Under the pieces are notes generated by a model. That model did no database searches, had not been told where the DNA came from, and worked only from the letters and a program-made list of their open reading frames with translations. Shown in pieces: positions 1 to 10,308 of a stretch of 64,000 nucleotides of DNA. The position numbers were made by a program, and so were the translations under genes. The DNA is taken from assembly GCF_003334335.1 (NCBI RefSeq), contig NZ_QOWQ01000003.1. One strand, 5' to 3'. Source of the DNA: Escherichia coli (GTDB lineage Bacteria > Pseudomonadota > Gammaproteobacteria > Enterobacterales > Enterobacteriaceae). The stretch's first letter is position 1. Each line of letters opens with the position of its first letter.

Positions 1-35
1 CTCTGGACGGGAAAGAACTCTAATTGCTCCGCCAC
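1..35 (-). CDS. ydhL: 5' end of ydhL-like small protein (partial; runs off window start)
   Basis: Minus-strand GTG at 35 preceded by SD GAGGAGG; reads MAEQLEFFPVQ...; divergent from nemR as in K-12. Only 11 codons in window. Confidence 0.4.
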   Translation of the reverse strand, partial: MAEQLEFFPVQ

Positions 36-107
36 TTCGCCCTCCTCAGATAAGATTATTACCATTATTGAAGCTGTTAATGTCCAAAGTAGCAACTTTG
101 CTTGCAC

Positions 108-123
108 TAGACCGACTGGTCTA
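108..123. promoter_or_regulatory. NemR operator-like palindrome TAGACCGACTGGTCTA upstream of nemR
   Basis: Inverted repeat TAGACC-N4-GGTCTA read directly, 14 bp upstream of nemR ATG; matches known NemR autoregulatory box. Confidence 0.5.
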
Positions 124-137
124 CTACACTTCAACGC

Positions 138-737
138 ATGAACAAACACACCGAACATGATACTCGCGAACATCTCCTGGCGACGGGCGAGCAACTTTGC
201 CTGCAACGTGGATTCACCGGGATGGGGCTAAGCGAATTACTAAAAACCGCTGAAGTGCCGAAAGGGTCCTTCTATCACTACTTTCGCTCTAAAGAAGCGT
301 TTGGCGTTGCCATGCTTGAGCGTCATTACGCCGCATATCACCAGCGACTGACTGAGTTGCTGCAATCCGGCGAAGGTAACTACCGCGACCGCATACTGGC
401 TTATTACCAGCAAACACTGAACCAGTTTTGCCAACATGGAACCATCAGTGGTTGCCTGACAGTAAAACTCTCTGCAGAAGTGTGCGATCTGTCAGAAGAT
501 ATGCGCAGCGCGATGGATAAAGGTGCTCGCGGCGTGATCGCCCTGCTCTCTCAGGCGCTGGAAAATGGCCGTGAGAACCATTGTTTAACCTTTTGTGGCG
601 AACCGCTGCAACAGGCACAAGTGCTTTACGCACTGTGGCTTGGCGCGAATCTGCAGGCCAAAATTTCGCGCAGTTTCGAGCCACTGGAAAACGCGCTGGC
701 CCATGTAAAAAACATTATTGCGACGCCTGCCGTTTAG
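138..737 (+). CDS. nemR: TetR-family repressor NemR
   Basis: ORF track 199 aa; N-terminal TetR HTH; followed by nemA-gloA. Confidence 0.9.
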   Translation: MNKHTEHDTREHLLATGEQLCLQRGFTGMGLSELLKTAEVPKGSFYHYFRSKEAFGVAMLERHYAAYHQRLTELLQSGEGNYRDRILAYYQQTLNQFCQHGTISGCLTVKLSAEVCDLSEDMRSAMDKGARGVIALLSQALENGRENHCLTFCGEPLQQAQVLYALWLGANLQAKISRSFEPLENALAHVKNIIATPAV

Positions 738-773
738 CAGGCATTTTTTATCACCAGACGACCGGGAGCCTTT

Positions 774-1871
774 ATGTCATCTGAAAAACTGTATTCCCCA
801 CTGAAAGTGGGCGCGATCACGGCGGCAAACCGTATTTTTATGGCACCGCTGACGCGTCTGCGCAGTATTGAACCGGGTGACATTCCTACCCCGTTGATGG
901 CGGAATACTATCGCCAACGTGCCAGTGCCGGTTTGATTATTAGTGAAGCCACGCAAATTTCTGCCCAGGCAAAAGGATATGCAGGTGCGCCTGGCATCCA
1001 TAGTCCGGAGCAAATTGCCGCATGGAAAAAAATCACCGCTGGCGTTCATGCTGAAAATGGTCATATGGCCGTGCAGCTGTGGCACACCGGACGCATTTCT
1101 CACGCCAGCCTGCAACCTGGCGGTCAGGCACCGGTAGCGCCTTCAGCACTTAGCGCGGGAACACGTACTTCTCTGCGCGATGAAAATGGTCAGGCGATCC
1201 GTGTTGAAACATCCATGCCGCGTGCGCTTGAACTGGAAGAGATTCCAGGTATCGTCAATGATTTCCGTCAGGCCATTGCTAACGCGCGTGAAGCCGGTTT
1301 TGATCTGGTAGAGCTCCACTCTGCTCACGGTTATTTGCTGCATCAGTTCCTTTCTCCTTCTTCAAACCATCGTACCGATCAGTACGGCGGCAGCGTGGAA
1401 AATCGCGCACGTTTGGTACTGGAAGTGGTCGATGCCGGGATTGAAGAATGGGGTGCCGATCGCATTGGCATTCGCGTTTCACCAATCGGTACTTTCCAGA
1501 ACACAGATAACGGCCCGAATGAAGAAGCCGATGCACTGTATCTGATTGAACAACTGGGTAAACGCGGCATTGCTTATCTGCATATGTCAGAACCAGATTG
1601 GGCGGGGGGTGAACCGTATACTGATGCGTTCCGCGAAAAAGTACGCGCCCGTTTCCACGGTCCGATTATCGGCGCAGGTGCATACACAGTAGAAAAAGCT
1701 GAAACGCTGATCGGCAAAGGGTTAATTGATGCGGTGGCATTTGGTCGTGACTGGATTGCGAACCCGGATCTGGTCGCCCGCTTGCAGCGCAAAGCTGAGC
1801 TTAACCCACAGCGTGCCGAAAGTTTCTACGGTGGCGGCGCGGAAGGCTATACCGATTACCCGACGTTGTAA
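774..1871 (+). CDS. nemA: N-ethylmaleimide reductase (Old Yellow Enzyme family)
   Basis: ORF track 365 aa; OYE-family motifs; operon position after nemR. Confidence 0.92.
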
Positions 1872-1951
1872 TCCAACATTGCGAGCGGCGTAAAGCCGCC
1901 GCTATACTAAAACAACATTTTGAATCTGTTAGCCATTTTGAGGATAAAAAG

Positions 1952-2359
1952 ATGCGTCTTCTTCATACCATGCTGCGCGTTGGCGATTTGCAACGCTCCA
2001 TCGATTTTTATACCAAAGTGCTGGGCATGAAACTGCTGCGTACCAGCGAAAACCCGGAATACAAATACTCACTGGCGTTTGTTGGCTACGGCCCGGAAAC
2101 CGAAGAAGCGGTGATTGAACTGACCTACAACTGGGGCGTGGATAAATACGAACTCGGCACTGCTTATGGTCACATCGCGCTTAGCGTAGATAACGCCGCT
2201 GAAGCGTGCGAAAAAATCCGTCAAAACGGGGGTAACGTGACCCGTGAAGCGGGTCCGGTAAAAGGCGGTACTACGGTTATCGCGTTTGTGGAAGATCCGG
2301 ACGGTTACAAAATTGAGTTAATCGAAGAGAAAGACGCCGGTCGCGGTCTGGGCAACTAA
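1952..2359 (+). CDS. gloA: Glyoxalase I (lactoylglutathione lyase)
   Basis: ORF track 135 aa; recognised GloA sequence; SD GAGGAT upstream. Confidence 0.92.
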
Positions 2360-2365
2360 TCTCCT

Positions 2366-2398
2366 GCCGGGCGTGAACTCATCGCGCCCGCATCTTTA
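2366..2398 (+). terminator. Putative stem-loop downstream of gloA
   Basis: GC-rich inverted repeat GGGCG...CGCCC after gloA stop; weak T-tract. Confidence 0.3.
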
Positions 2399-2461
2399 CT
2401 GCATCGACAAGTAATATTTGTCATAATGCGCGCTGCAATTTATCCGTATTAAGAGAATCAG

Positions 2462-3109
2462 ATGTCCGATAACGCTCAACTTACCGGTCTGTGCGACCGT
2501 TTTCGTGGTTTTTATCCTGTTGTGATCGATGTTGAAACAGCCGGATTTAACGCCAAAACCGATGCGCTGCTTGAGATTGCCGCCATCACCCTGAAAATGG
2601 ATGAACAAGGCTGGCTGATGCCGGACACCACATTACATTTCCACGTCGAACCATTTGTCGGCGCAAATTTGCAACCAGAAGCCCTCGCCTTCAACGGCAT
2701 TGACCCGAACGATCCCGATCGCGGCGCGGTCAGCGAATACGAGGCGCTGCACGAAATTTTTAAAGTTGTACGTAAAGGTATTAAAGCGAGCGGCTGTAAC
2801 CGCGCCATTATGGTGGCGCACAATGCCAATTTTGATCACAGCTTTATGATGGCCGCCGCAGAACGCGCCTCACTGAAACGTAACCCGTTCCACCCTTTCG
2901 CCACTTTTGACACTGCTGCACTGGCCGGGCTGGCACTCGGACAAACCGTATTGTCAAAGGCTTGCCAGACCGCTGGCATGGACTTCGACAGCACCCAGGC
3001 GCACTCCGCGCTGTACGACACCGAACGCACTGCTGTGCTGTTTTGTGAAATCGTCAACCGCTGGAAACGTCTGGGAGGCTGGCCGCTATCTGCCGCCGAA
3101 GAGGTGTAA
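2462..3109 (+). CDS. rnt: Ribonuclease T (DEDDh exonuclease)
   Basis: ORF track 215 aa; recognised RNase T sequence. Confidence 0.92.
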   Translation: MSDNAQLTGLCDRFRGFYPVVIDVETAGFNAKTDALLEIAAITLKMDEQGWLMPDTTLHFHVEPFVGANLQPEALAFNGIDPNDPDRGAVSEYEALHEIFKVVRKGIKASGCNRAIMVAHNANFDHSFMMAAAERASLKRNPFHPFATFDTAALAGLALGQTVLSKACQTAGMDFDSTQAHSALYDTERTAVLFCEIVNRWKRLGGWPLSAAEEV

Positions 3110-3201
3110 TCGAGTCGATGCCTGATGACATGCAATGATTCAGGCATCTATAGTGAGGCTATTCCACTCATCCTGCATGATATTCACGGGGAATAGCGTT
3201 A

Positions 3202-6200
3202 ATGGCAGATAATCCAGACCCTTCATCGCTCCTGCCGGACGTGTTTTCACCGGCGCCCCGCGACTGGTTTCTTCGCGCCTTTAAACAGCCGACCGCTGTC
3301 CAGCCGCAAACCTGGCATGTGGCGGCGCGAAGCGAACATGCGCTGGTGATTGCACCGACCGGCTCCGGGAAAACGCTGGCAGCATTTCTCTACGCCCTCG
3401 ATCGGCTCTTCCGCGAAGGCGGCGAAGATACCCGCGAGGCGCATAAGCGTAAAACCTCACGCATCCTCTATATTTCACCGATAAAAGCCCTGGGCACCGA
3501 CGTTCAGCGCAACTTGCAGATCCCGTTGAAGGGTATTGCCGATGAACGGCGGCGGCGCGGCGAAACGGAAGTCAATCTTCGCGTAGGGATCCGTACTGGC
3601 GATACGCCTGCACAGGAACGCAGCAAACTCACCCGTAATCCGCCGGATATTCTGATCACCACACCCGAATCACTCTATCTGATGCTGACCTCCCGCGCGC
3701 GCGAAACGCTACGCGGCGTCGAAACGGTAATTATTGATGAAGTCCACGCGGTAGCGGGCAGTAAACGTGGTGCGCATCTGGCGTTAAGTCTGGAGCGGCT
3801 CGATGCGCTGCTCCACACCTCAGCACAGCGAATTGGCCTTTCTGCCACTGTGCGCTCAGCCAGCGATGTGGCAGCATTTCTTGGTGGCGATCGCCCGGTT
3901 ACGGTAGTCAACCCGCCCGCAATGCGCCATCCGCAGATACGAATTGTCGTACCGGTCGCCAATATGGATGATGTCTCATCGGTCGCCAGCGGCACCGGCG
4001 AAGACAGCCATGCCGGCCGGGAAGGCTCCATCTGGCCATATATTGAAACGGGTATCCTTGATGAAGTGTTGCGCCATCGCTCGACCATTGTCTTTACTAA
4101 TTCGCGGGGGCTGGCGGAAAAACTGACGGCACGATTAAATGAGCTTTACGCCGCACGCTTACAGCGTTCCCCGTCTATCGCCGTTGATGCGGCCCATTTC
4201 GAGTCGACCTCCGGCGCAACCTCTAACCGTGTACAAAGTAGCGACGTTTTTATTGCCCGCTCACACCACGGCTCCGTCTCTAAAGAACAACGAGCAATCA
4301 CCGAACAGGCGCTGAAATCGGGTGAATTACGCTGCGTGGTCGCAACCTCCAGTCTTGAACTGGGGATTGATATGGGCGCGGTGGATCTGGTGATTCAGGT
4401 GGCAACGCCGCTTTCTGTTGCCAGTGGGTTACAACGCATTGGTCGCGCCGGACATCAGGTTGGCGGTGTATCTAAAGGGCTGTTTTTCCCCCGTACCCGG
4501 CGTGATTTAGTCGATTCCGCAGTCATTGTAGAGTGTATGTTCGCAGGCAGGCTGGAAAACCTGACACCACCGCATAATCCTCTCGACGTCCTTGCGCAGC
4601 AAACCGTTGCCGCCGCGGCGATGGATGCATTACAGGTAGACGAATGGTACTCCCGCGTACGCCGTGCCGCACCGTGGAAAGATCTGCCAAGACGTGTTTT
4701 TGACGCCACGCTGGATATGCTTTCCGGGCGCTATCCCTCTGGCGATTTTTCTGCTTTTCGCCCCAAACTGGTCTGGAACAGGGAGACCGGGATATTGACC
4801 GCCCGACCTGGCGCTCAATTGTTGGCGGTTACCAGCGGCGGCACCATTCCGGATCGTGGCATGTATAGCGTGTTATTACCCGAAGGTGAAGAAAAGGCCG
4901 GTTCGCGGCGGGTGGGTGAACTGGATGAGGAGATGGTATATGAGTCGCGGGTGAACGACATTATCACTCTCGGCGCTACCTCATGGCGGATCCAACAAAT
5001 CACCCGCGATCAGGTGATTGTGACTCCTGCTCCGGGTCGTTCTGCCCGGCTCCCCTTCTGGCGTGGTGAAGGTAACGGACGTCCGGCTGAATTAGGCGAG
5101 ATGATCGGCGATTTTCTTCATTTGCTGGCGGATGGCGCGTTCTTTTCCGGGACTATTCCCCCGTGGCTGGCAGAAGAAAATACGATCGCCAATATTCAGG
5201 GGTTGATTGAGGAGCAGCGCAACGCGACGGGCATCGTTCCGGGGAGTCGCCATCTGGTCCTCGAACGGTGCCGTGATGAAATTGGTGACTGGCGTATTAT
5301 TTTGCACTCTCCCTATGGAAGACGGGTGCATGAACCCTGGGCGGTGGCGATTGCCGGGCGAATACATGCGCTATGGGGCGCTGACGCGTCGGTGGTCGCC
5401 AGTGATGACGGCATTGTTGCACGTATTCCTGACACCGATGGTAAATTGCCCGATGCCGCGATTTTTTTGTTTGAACCAGAAAAGTTGCTGCAAATTGTCC
5501 GCGAGGCGGTAGGCAGCTCGGCACTTTTCGCCGCCCGTTTTCGCGAATGCGCCGCGCGGGCATTATTAATGCCGGGGCGCACTCCGGGCCATCGCACCCC
5601 GCTTTGGCAACAACGGCTGCGCGCCAGTCAGTTGCTGGAAATCGCTCAGGGATATCCGGATTTTCCGGTCATTCTCGAAACCCTACGCGAATGTCTGCAA
5701 GATGTTTATGATCTTCCCGCACTGGAACGTTTGATGCGTCGCCTGAACGGTGGCGAAATTCAAATATCCGATGTAACGACCACTACGCCCTCGCCTTTCG
5801 CCACAAGTTTATTGTTCGGCTATGTCGCGGAATTTATGTACCAGAGCGACGCCCCGCTGGCAGAGCGCCGGGCATCCGTACTGTCGCTGGACAGCGAGTT
5901 ACTGCGCAATCTACTCGGACAGGTCGATCCGGGGGAATTACTCGACCCGCAGGTCATTCGCCAGGTGGAAGAAGAGTTGCAACGACTGGCTCCTGGCAGA
6001 AGAGCGAAAGGTGAAGAAGGATTGTTCGACCTGCTGCGCGAACTGGGGCCAATGACCGTTGAAGACCTGGCGCAACGGCATACAGGCAGCAGTGAAGAGG
6101 TTGCGTCGTATCTGGAAAATCTTCTTGCAGTAAAACGAATCTTCCCAGCGATGATTAGCGGACAGGAGCGTCTTGCCTGTATGGATGATGCCGCCAGGCT

Positions 6201-7818
6201 GCGTGATGCCCTCGGCGTACGACTACCAGAGTCATTGCCAGAGATTTATTTACATAGAGTCAGTTACCCGCTTCGCGACCTCTTTCTGCGCTATCTCCGG
6301 GCTCATGCTCTGGTCACGGCTGAACAACTGGCTCATGAGTTTAGTCTCGGTATTGCCATTGTCGAAGAGCAGCTTCAGCAACTGCGTGAACAGGGTCTGG
6401 TGATGAATCTGCAACAAGACATCTGGGTGAGCGATGAAGTATTTCGTCGTCTGCGTTTGCGCTCGCTGCAAGCCGCCAGAGAAGCGACGCGTCCCGTTGC
6501 AGCCACGACCTATGCGCGATTGCTGCTGGAACGTCAGGGCGTATTACCCGCCACCGATGGTAGCCCGGCGCTCTTTGCCTCAACATCGCCAGGCGTTTAT
6601 GAGGGCGTAGATGGCGTGATGCGGGTGATCGAACAGCTTGCCGGAGTCGGTTTACCCGCCTCACTCTGGGAAAGCCAGATCCTGCCTGCCCGCGTACGCG
6701 ACTATTCGTCAGAAATGCTCGATGAATTACTGGCAACCGGTGCGGTTATCTGGTCGGGGCAAAAAAAACTGGGTGAAGATGACGGCCTGGTGGCACTGCA
6801 TCTACAGGAATATGCTGCAGAATCGTTCACTCCCGCCGAAGCGGATCAGGCGAATCGTTCGGCGCTGCAACAAGCGATAGTCGCTGTTCTGGCTGACGGA
6901 GGAGCCTGGTTTGCACAACAAATCAGCCAACGGATACGCGACAAAATCGGCGAATCGGTTGATCTCTCTGCCCTGCAAGAGGCGTTATGGGCGCTGGTCT
7001 GGCAAGGCGTCATCACCAGCGACATTTGGGCACCGTTACGCGCCCTCACCCGCAGCAGTTCCAACGCACGCACCTCAACTCGCCGCAGTCACCGGGCTCG
7101 TCGTGGACGTCCTGTCTATGCGCAACCCGTCTCGCCGCGGGTATCTTACAACACACCAAATCTGGCTGGACGCTGGTCGTTATTGCAGGTGGAGCCACTA
7201 AACGATACCGAAAGGATGCTGGCGCTGGCGGAAAATATGCTCGACCGCTACGGCATCATCAGTCGTCAGGCGGTGATAGCCGAAAATATCCCTGGCGGGT
7301 TTCCATCGATGCAAACGCTTTGTCGAAGTATGGAAGACTCCGGGCGAATTATGCGAGGTCGTTTTGTAGAAGGTCTGGGTGGCGCGCAATTCGCTGAACG
7401 TCTGACTATTGACCGATTGCGCGATCTGGCGACACAAGCCACGCAAACGCGCCACTATACACCAGTGGCGCTCTCTGCCAACGATCCGGCTAATGTGTGG
7501 GGAAATCTTCTGCCCTGGCCTGCACATCCGGCAACGCTGGTTCCAACGCGTCGGGCGGGTGCGCTGGTGGTCGTTTCTGGCGGCAAATTGTTACTCTATC
7601 TGGCGCAAGGTGGCAAAAAAATGCTGGTCTGGCAGGAAAAAGAGGAATTACTCGCCCCAGAGGTTTTCCACGCGCTGACTACCGCACTGCGTCGCGAACC
7701 ACGGCTGCGCTTTACGCTAACAGAAGTGAATGATCTACCGGTCCGGCAAACGCCGATGTTTACGCTGCTGCGTGAGGCGGGATTTTCAAGTTCGCCACAA
7801 GGGCTGGATTGGGGATAG
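3202..7818 (+). CDS. lhr: Large ATP-dependent helicase Lhr (DEAD/DEAH box)
   Basis: ORF track 1538 aa; Walker A GSGKT, DEVH box; recognised as Lhr. Confidence 0.92.
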   Translation: MADNPDPSSLLPDVFSPAPRDWFLRAFKQPTAVQPQTWHVAARSEHALVIAPTGSGKTLAAFLYALDRLFREGGEDTREAHKRKTSRILYISPIKALGTDVQRNLQIPLKGIADERRRRGETEVNLRVGIRTGDTPAQERSKLTRNPPDILITTPESLYLMLTSRARETLRGVETVIIDEVHAVAGSKRGAHLALSLERLDALLHTSAQRIGLSATVRSASDVAAFLGGDRPVTVVNPPAMRHPQIRIVVPVANMDDVSSVASGTGEDSHAGREGSIWPYIETGILDEVLRHRSTIVFTNSRGLAEKLTARLNELYAARLQRSPSIAVDAAHFESTSGATSNRVQSSDVFIARSHHGSVSKEQRAITEQALKSGELRCVVATSSLELGIDMGAVDLVIQVATPLSVASGLQRIGRAGHQVGGVSKGLFFPRTRRDLVDSAVIVECMFAGRLENLTPPHNPLDVLAQQTVAAAAMDALQVDEWYSRVRRAAPWKDLPRRVFDATLDMLSGRYPSGDFSAFRPKLVWNRETGILTARPGAQLLAVTSGGTIPDRGMYSVLLPEGEEKAGSRRVGELDEEMVYESRVNDIITLGATSWRIQQITRDQVIVTPAPGRSARLPFWRGEGNGRPAELGEMIGDFLHLLADGAFFSGTIPPWLAEENTIANIQGLIEEQRNATGIVPGSRHLVLERCRDEIGDWRIILHSPYGRRVHEPWAVAIAGRIHALWGADASVVASDDGIVARIPDTDGKLPDAAIFLFEPEKLLQIVREAVGSSALFAARFRECAARALLMPGRTPGHRTPLWQQRLRASQLLEIAQGYPDFPVILETLRECLQDVYDLPALERLMRRLNGGEIQISDVTTTTPSPFATSLLFGYVAEFMYQSDAPLAERRASVLSLDSELLRNLLGQVDPGELLDPQVIRQVEEELQRLAPGRRAKGEEGLFDLLRELGPMTVEDLAQRHTGSSEEVASYLENLLAVKRIFPAMISGQERLACMDDAARLRDALGVRLPESLPEIYLHRVSYPLRDLFLRYLRAHALVTAEQLAHEFSLGIAIVEEQLQQLREQGLVMNLQQDIWVSDEVFRRLRLRSLQAAREATRPVAATTYARLLLERQGVLPATDGSPALFASTSPGVYEGVDGVMRVIEQLAGVGLPASLWESQILPARVRDYSSEMLDELLATGAVIWSGQKKLGEDDGLVALHLQEYAAESFTPAEADQANRSALQQAIVAVLADGGAWFAQQISQRIRDKIGESVDLSALQEALWALVWQGVITSDIWAPLRALTRSSSNARTSTRRSHRARRGRPVYAQPVSPRVSYNTPNLAGRWSLLQVEPLNDTERMLALAENMLDRYGIISRQAVIAENIPGGFPSMQTLCRSMEDSGRIMRGRFVEGLGGAQFAERLTIDRLRDLATQATQTRHYTPVALSANDPANVWGNLLPWPAHPATLVPTRRAGALVVVSGGKLLLYLAQGGKKMLVWQEKEELLAPEVFHALTTALRREPRLRFTLTEVNDLPVRQTPMFTLLREAGFSSSPQGLDWG

Positions 7819-7825
7819 AGAAAGG

Positions 7826-7856
7826 ACTGACGGATGCCCGTTCGCATCCGTCAGTA
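7826..7856. terminator. Bidirectional hairpin between convergent lhr and grxD
   Basis: Inverted repeat ACTGACGGATGC...GCATCCGTCAGT between the two stop codons. Confidence 0.5.
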
Positions 7857-7868
7857 TTGCAGGACGGA

Positions 7869-8216
7869 TTATTCCGCGTCCGGCTCTTCAGACTTGTATT
7901 TAGCGGCAGTTTCTTTGATCAGCTGCTGCAGTTCGCCACGCTGATACATTTCGATCACGATATCACAACCGCCGACCAGCTCGCCGTCAACCCACAGTTG
8001 CGGGAAGGTCGGCCAGTTAGCATATTTCGGCAGTTCCGCACGAATGTCCGGATTCTGCAGAATATCAACATAGGCAAAACGTTCGCCACATGCGGCAAGC
8101 GCCTGGACTGCCTGGGCAGAGAAACCGCAGCTCGGCAGTTTCGGTGAACCTTTCATGTACAGCAGGATCGGGTTTTCAGCAATCTGGCGTTGGATTTTTT
8201 CGATAGTGGTGCTCAT
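7869..8216 (-). CDS. grxD: Monothiol glutaredoxin Grx4
   Basis: ORF track 115 aa; CGFS active-site motif in translation. Confidence 0.92.
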   Translation of the reverse strand: MSTTIEKIQRQIAENPILLYMKGSPKLPSCGFSAQAVQALAACGERFAYVDILQNPDIRAELPKYANWPTFPQLWVDGELVGGCDIVIEMYQRGELQQLIKETAAKYKSEEPDAE

Positions 8217-8549
8217 TGTCTTGCTTCCTCAAACTTCTTTACGGCAGTAATCTGACATTGTAGCGGGTCAGTGCGGCATCGGAAAATAACATTTTCATCA
8301 CGCTTTTGCTATTTTATCCCTTTGCTCTATTTGTTGCATTTCAAATATTCGTTTCTTCTCTGATGCCGGCAAACTGGCGTATTTATAACCATTTTTAGCT
8401 TTCACTGCTGCATTTTTTTGCGCTCGCCAACGAAACGTATTTTTTAACAATAAAAGCTATTAACTTTCTCTTCTTCTATGCATTAGAATCATCAAGTTTT
8501 GTAAATCAGACGCAGGCATGATAGACCTGCCTTAACAGAGGGACGCTCA

Positions 8550-9365
8550 GTGGCGCGGATAAACCGTATTTCGATCACGCTCTGTGCTTTACTTTTTACC
8601 ACCCTGCCTTTAACGCCTATGGCCCATGCTTCAAAGCAAGCCAGGGAGAGTTCTGCTACCACTCATATCACCAAAAAAGCAGATAAAAAGAAAAGCACGG
8701 CAACCACCAAAAAGACCCAGAAAACAGCGAAAAAAGCCGCCAGTAAAAGTACGACCAAAAGCAAAACCGCTTCTTCCGTTAAAAAATCTTCCATTACCGC
8801 TTCTAAAAACGCCAAAACTCGCAGCAAACACGCCGTCAATAAAACGGCCTCAGCCAGCTTTACCGAAAAGTGTACCAAACGTAAGGGCTATAAATCGCAT
8901 TGTGTGAAAGTCAAAAATGCCGCGTCAGGAACTCTTGCCGACGCGCACAAAGCGAAGGTGCAAAAAGCTACGAAAGTGGCAATGAATAAACTGATGCAGC
9001 AAATTGGTAAGCCATATCGTTGGGGTGGCAGCTCACCGCGTACCGGTTTTGATTGCAGCGGCCTGGTTTATTACGCTTATAAAGATTTGGTGAAAATTCG
9101 TATTCCGCGTACGGCGAATGAAATGTATCACCTGCGTGATGCAGCGCCAATCGAACGTAGTGAACTGAAAAACGGCGACCTGGTCTTTTTCCGTACTCAG
9201 GGACGCGGCACAGCCGATCATGTCGGCGTGTATGTCGGCAACGGCAAATTTATTCAGTCACCGCGCACAGGTCAGGAAATTCAAATCACTTCTCTCAGTG
9301 AAGACTACTGGCAGCGCCACTATGTTGGCGCTCGTCGGGTAATGACCCCAAAAACACTTCGCTAA
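8550..9365 (+). CDS. mepH: NlpC/P60 peptidoglycan DD-endopeptidase MepH (YdhO)
   Basis: ORF track 271 aa; GTG start with SD AGAGGGA; signal peptide, basic K/T/S-rich linker, C-terminal NlpC/P60 domain (Cys...His). Confidence 0.88.
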   Translation: MARINRISITLCALLFTTLPLTPMAHASKQARESSATTHITKKADKKKSTATTKKTQKTAKKAASKSTTKSKTASSVKKSSITASKNAKTRSKHAVNKTASASFTEKCTKRKGYKSHCVKVKNAASGTLADAHKAKVQKATKVAMNKLMQQIGKPYRWGGSSPRTGFDCSGLVYYAYKDLVKIRIPRTANEMYHLRDAAPIERSELKNGDLVFFRTQGRGTADHVGVYVGNGKFIQSPRTGQEIQITSLSEDYWQRHYVGARRVMTPKTLR

Positions 9366-9369
9366 AACT

Positions 9370-9405
9370 TTACCCTGTTGTTACGGCAACAGGGTAAGTT
9401 CATCT
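9370..9405 (+). terminator. Rho-independent terminator after mepH
   Basis: Hairpin ACCCTGTTG-TTACGG-CAACAGGGT followed by T-rich run. Confidence 0.5.
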
Positions 9406-9492
9406 TTTGTCTCACCTTTTAATTTGCTACCCTATCCATACGCACAATAAGGCTATTGTACGTATGCAAATTAATAATAAAGGAGAGTAGCA

Positions 9493-10074
9493 ATGTCATT
9501 CGAATTACCTGCACTACCATATGCTAAAGATGCTCTGGCACCGCACATTTCTGCGGAAACCATCGAGTATCACTACGGCAAGCACCATCAGACTTATGTC
9601 ACTAACCTGAACAACCTGATTAAAGGTACCGCGTTTGAAGGTAAATCACTGGAAGAGATTATTCGCAGCTCTGAAGGTGTCGTATTCAACAACGCAGCTC
9701 AGGTCTGGAACCATACTTTCTACTGGAACTGCCTGGCACCGAACGCCGGTGGCGAACCGACTGGAAAAGTCGCTGAAGCTATCGCCGCATCTTTTGGCAG
9801 CTTTGCCGATTTCAAAGCGCAGTTTACTGATGCAGCGATCAAAAACTTTGGTTCTGGCTGGACCTGGCTGGTGAAAAACAGCGATGGCAAACTGGCTATC
9901 GTTTCAACCTCTAACGCGGGTACTCCGCTGACCACCGATGCGACTCCGCTGCTGACCGTTGATGTCTGGGAACACGCTTATTACATCGACTATCGCAATG
10001 CACGTCCTGGCTATCTGGAGCACTTCTGGGCGCTGGTGAACTGGGAATTCGTAGCGAAAAATCTCGCTGCATAA
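9493..10074 (+). CDS. sodB: Iron superoxide dismutase
   Basis: ORF track 193 aa; recognised SodB sequence; strong SD AAGGAG. Confidence 0.95.
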   Translation: MSFELPALPYAKDALAPHISAETIEYHYGKHHQTYVTNLNNLIKGTAFEGKSLEEIIRSSEGVVFNNAAQVWNHTFYWNCLAPNAGGEPTGKVAEAIAASFGSFADFKAQFTDAAIKNFGSGWTWLVKNSDGKLAIVSTSNAGTPLTTDATPLLTVDVWEHAYYIDYRNARPGYLEHFWALVNWEFVAKNLAA

Positions 10075-10094
10075 TAACTGATGGCAAATGCAGC

Positions 10095-10250
10095 ATTGCC
10101 TGAAGCGCTACGTTTATCAGGCCTACGCGGATCATCGATGTAGGTCGGATAAGGCACTCGCCGCATCCGACAAGCGCTGCATGATACGACGCCTAACGCG
10201 TCTTTTCATGTCAACGCGGATGAGTCGTTAACACCGCATCCGGCAAGATA
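10095..10250. repeat. REP/BIME cluster (three REP-like palindromic units) downstream of sodB
   Basis: Repeated motifs of the type GCCTGATGCGCTACGCTTATCAGGCCTAC and TGTAGGTCGGATAAGGC...GCATCCGACA read directly. Confidence 0.6.
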
Positions 10251-10273
10251 AATCGCACGTTGTCAGCAACTGT

Positions 10274-10303
10274 AACGCAGAAGGTTATCCTTCTGCGTTT
10301 TTG
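10274..10303 (+). terminator. Rho-independent terminator (likely sodB transcript end, after the REP cluster)
   Basis: Hairpin AACGCAGAAGG-TTATC-CTTCTGCGTT followed by TTTTTG. Confidence 0.5.
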
Positions 10304-10308
10304 TTTAA

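Noticed and set aside
8626-8907. Lys/Pro-rich 93-aa ORF in an alternative frame of mepH
   Set aside because: Frame artefact of the repetitive AAA/ACC/AAG-rich linker region of mepH; the mepH frame has the signal peptide and catalytic domain.
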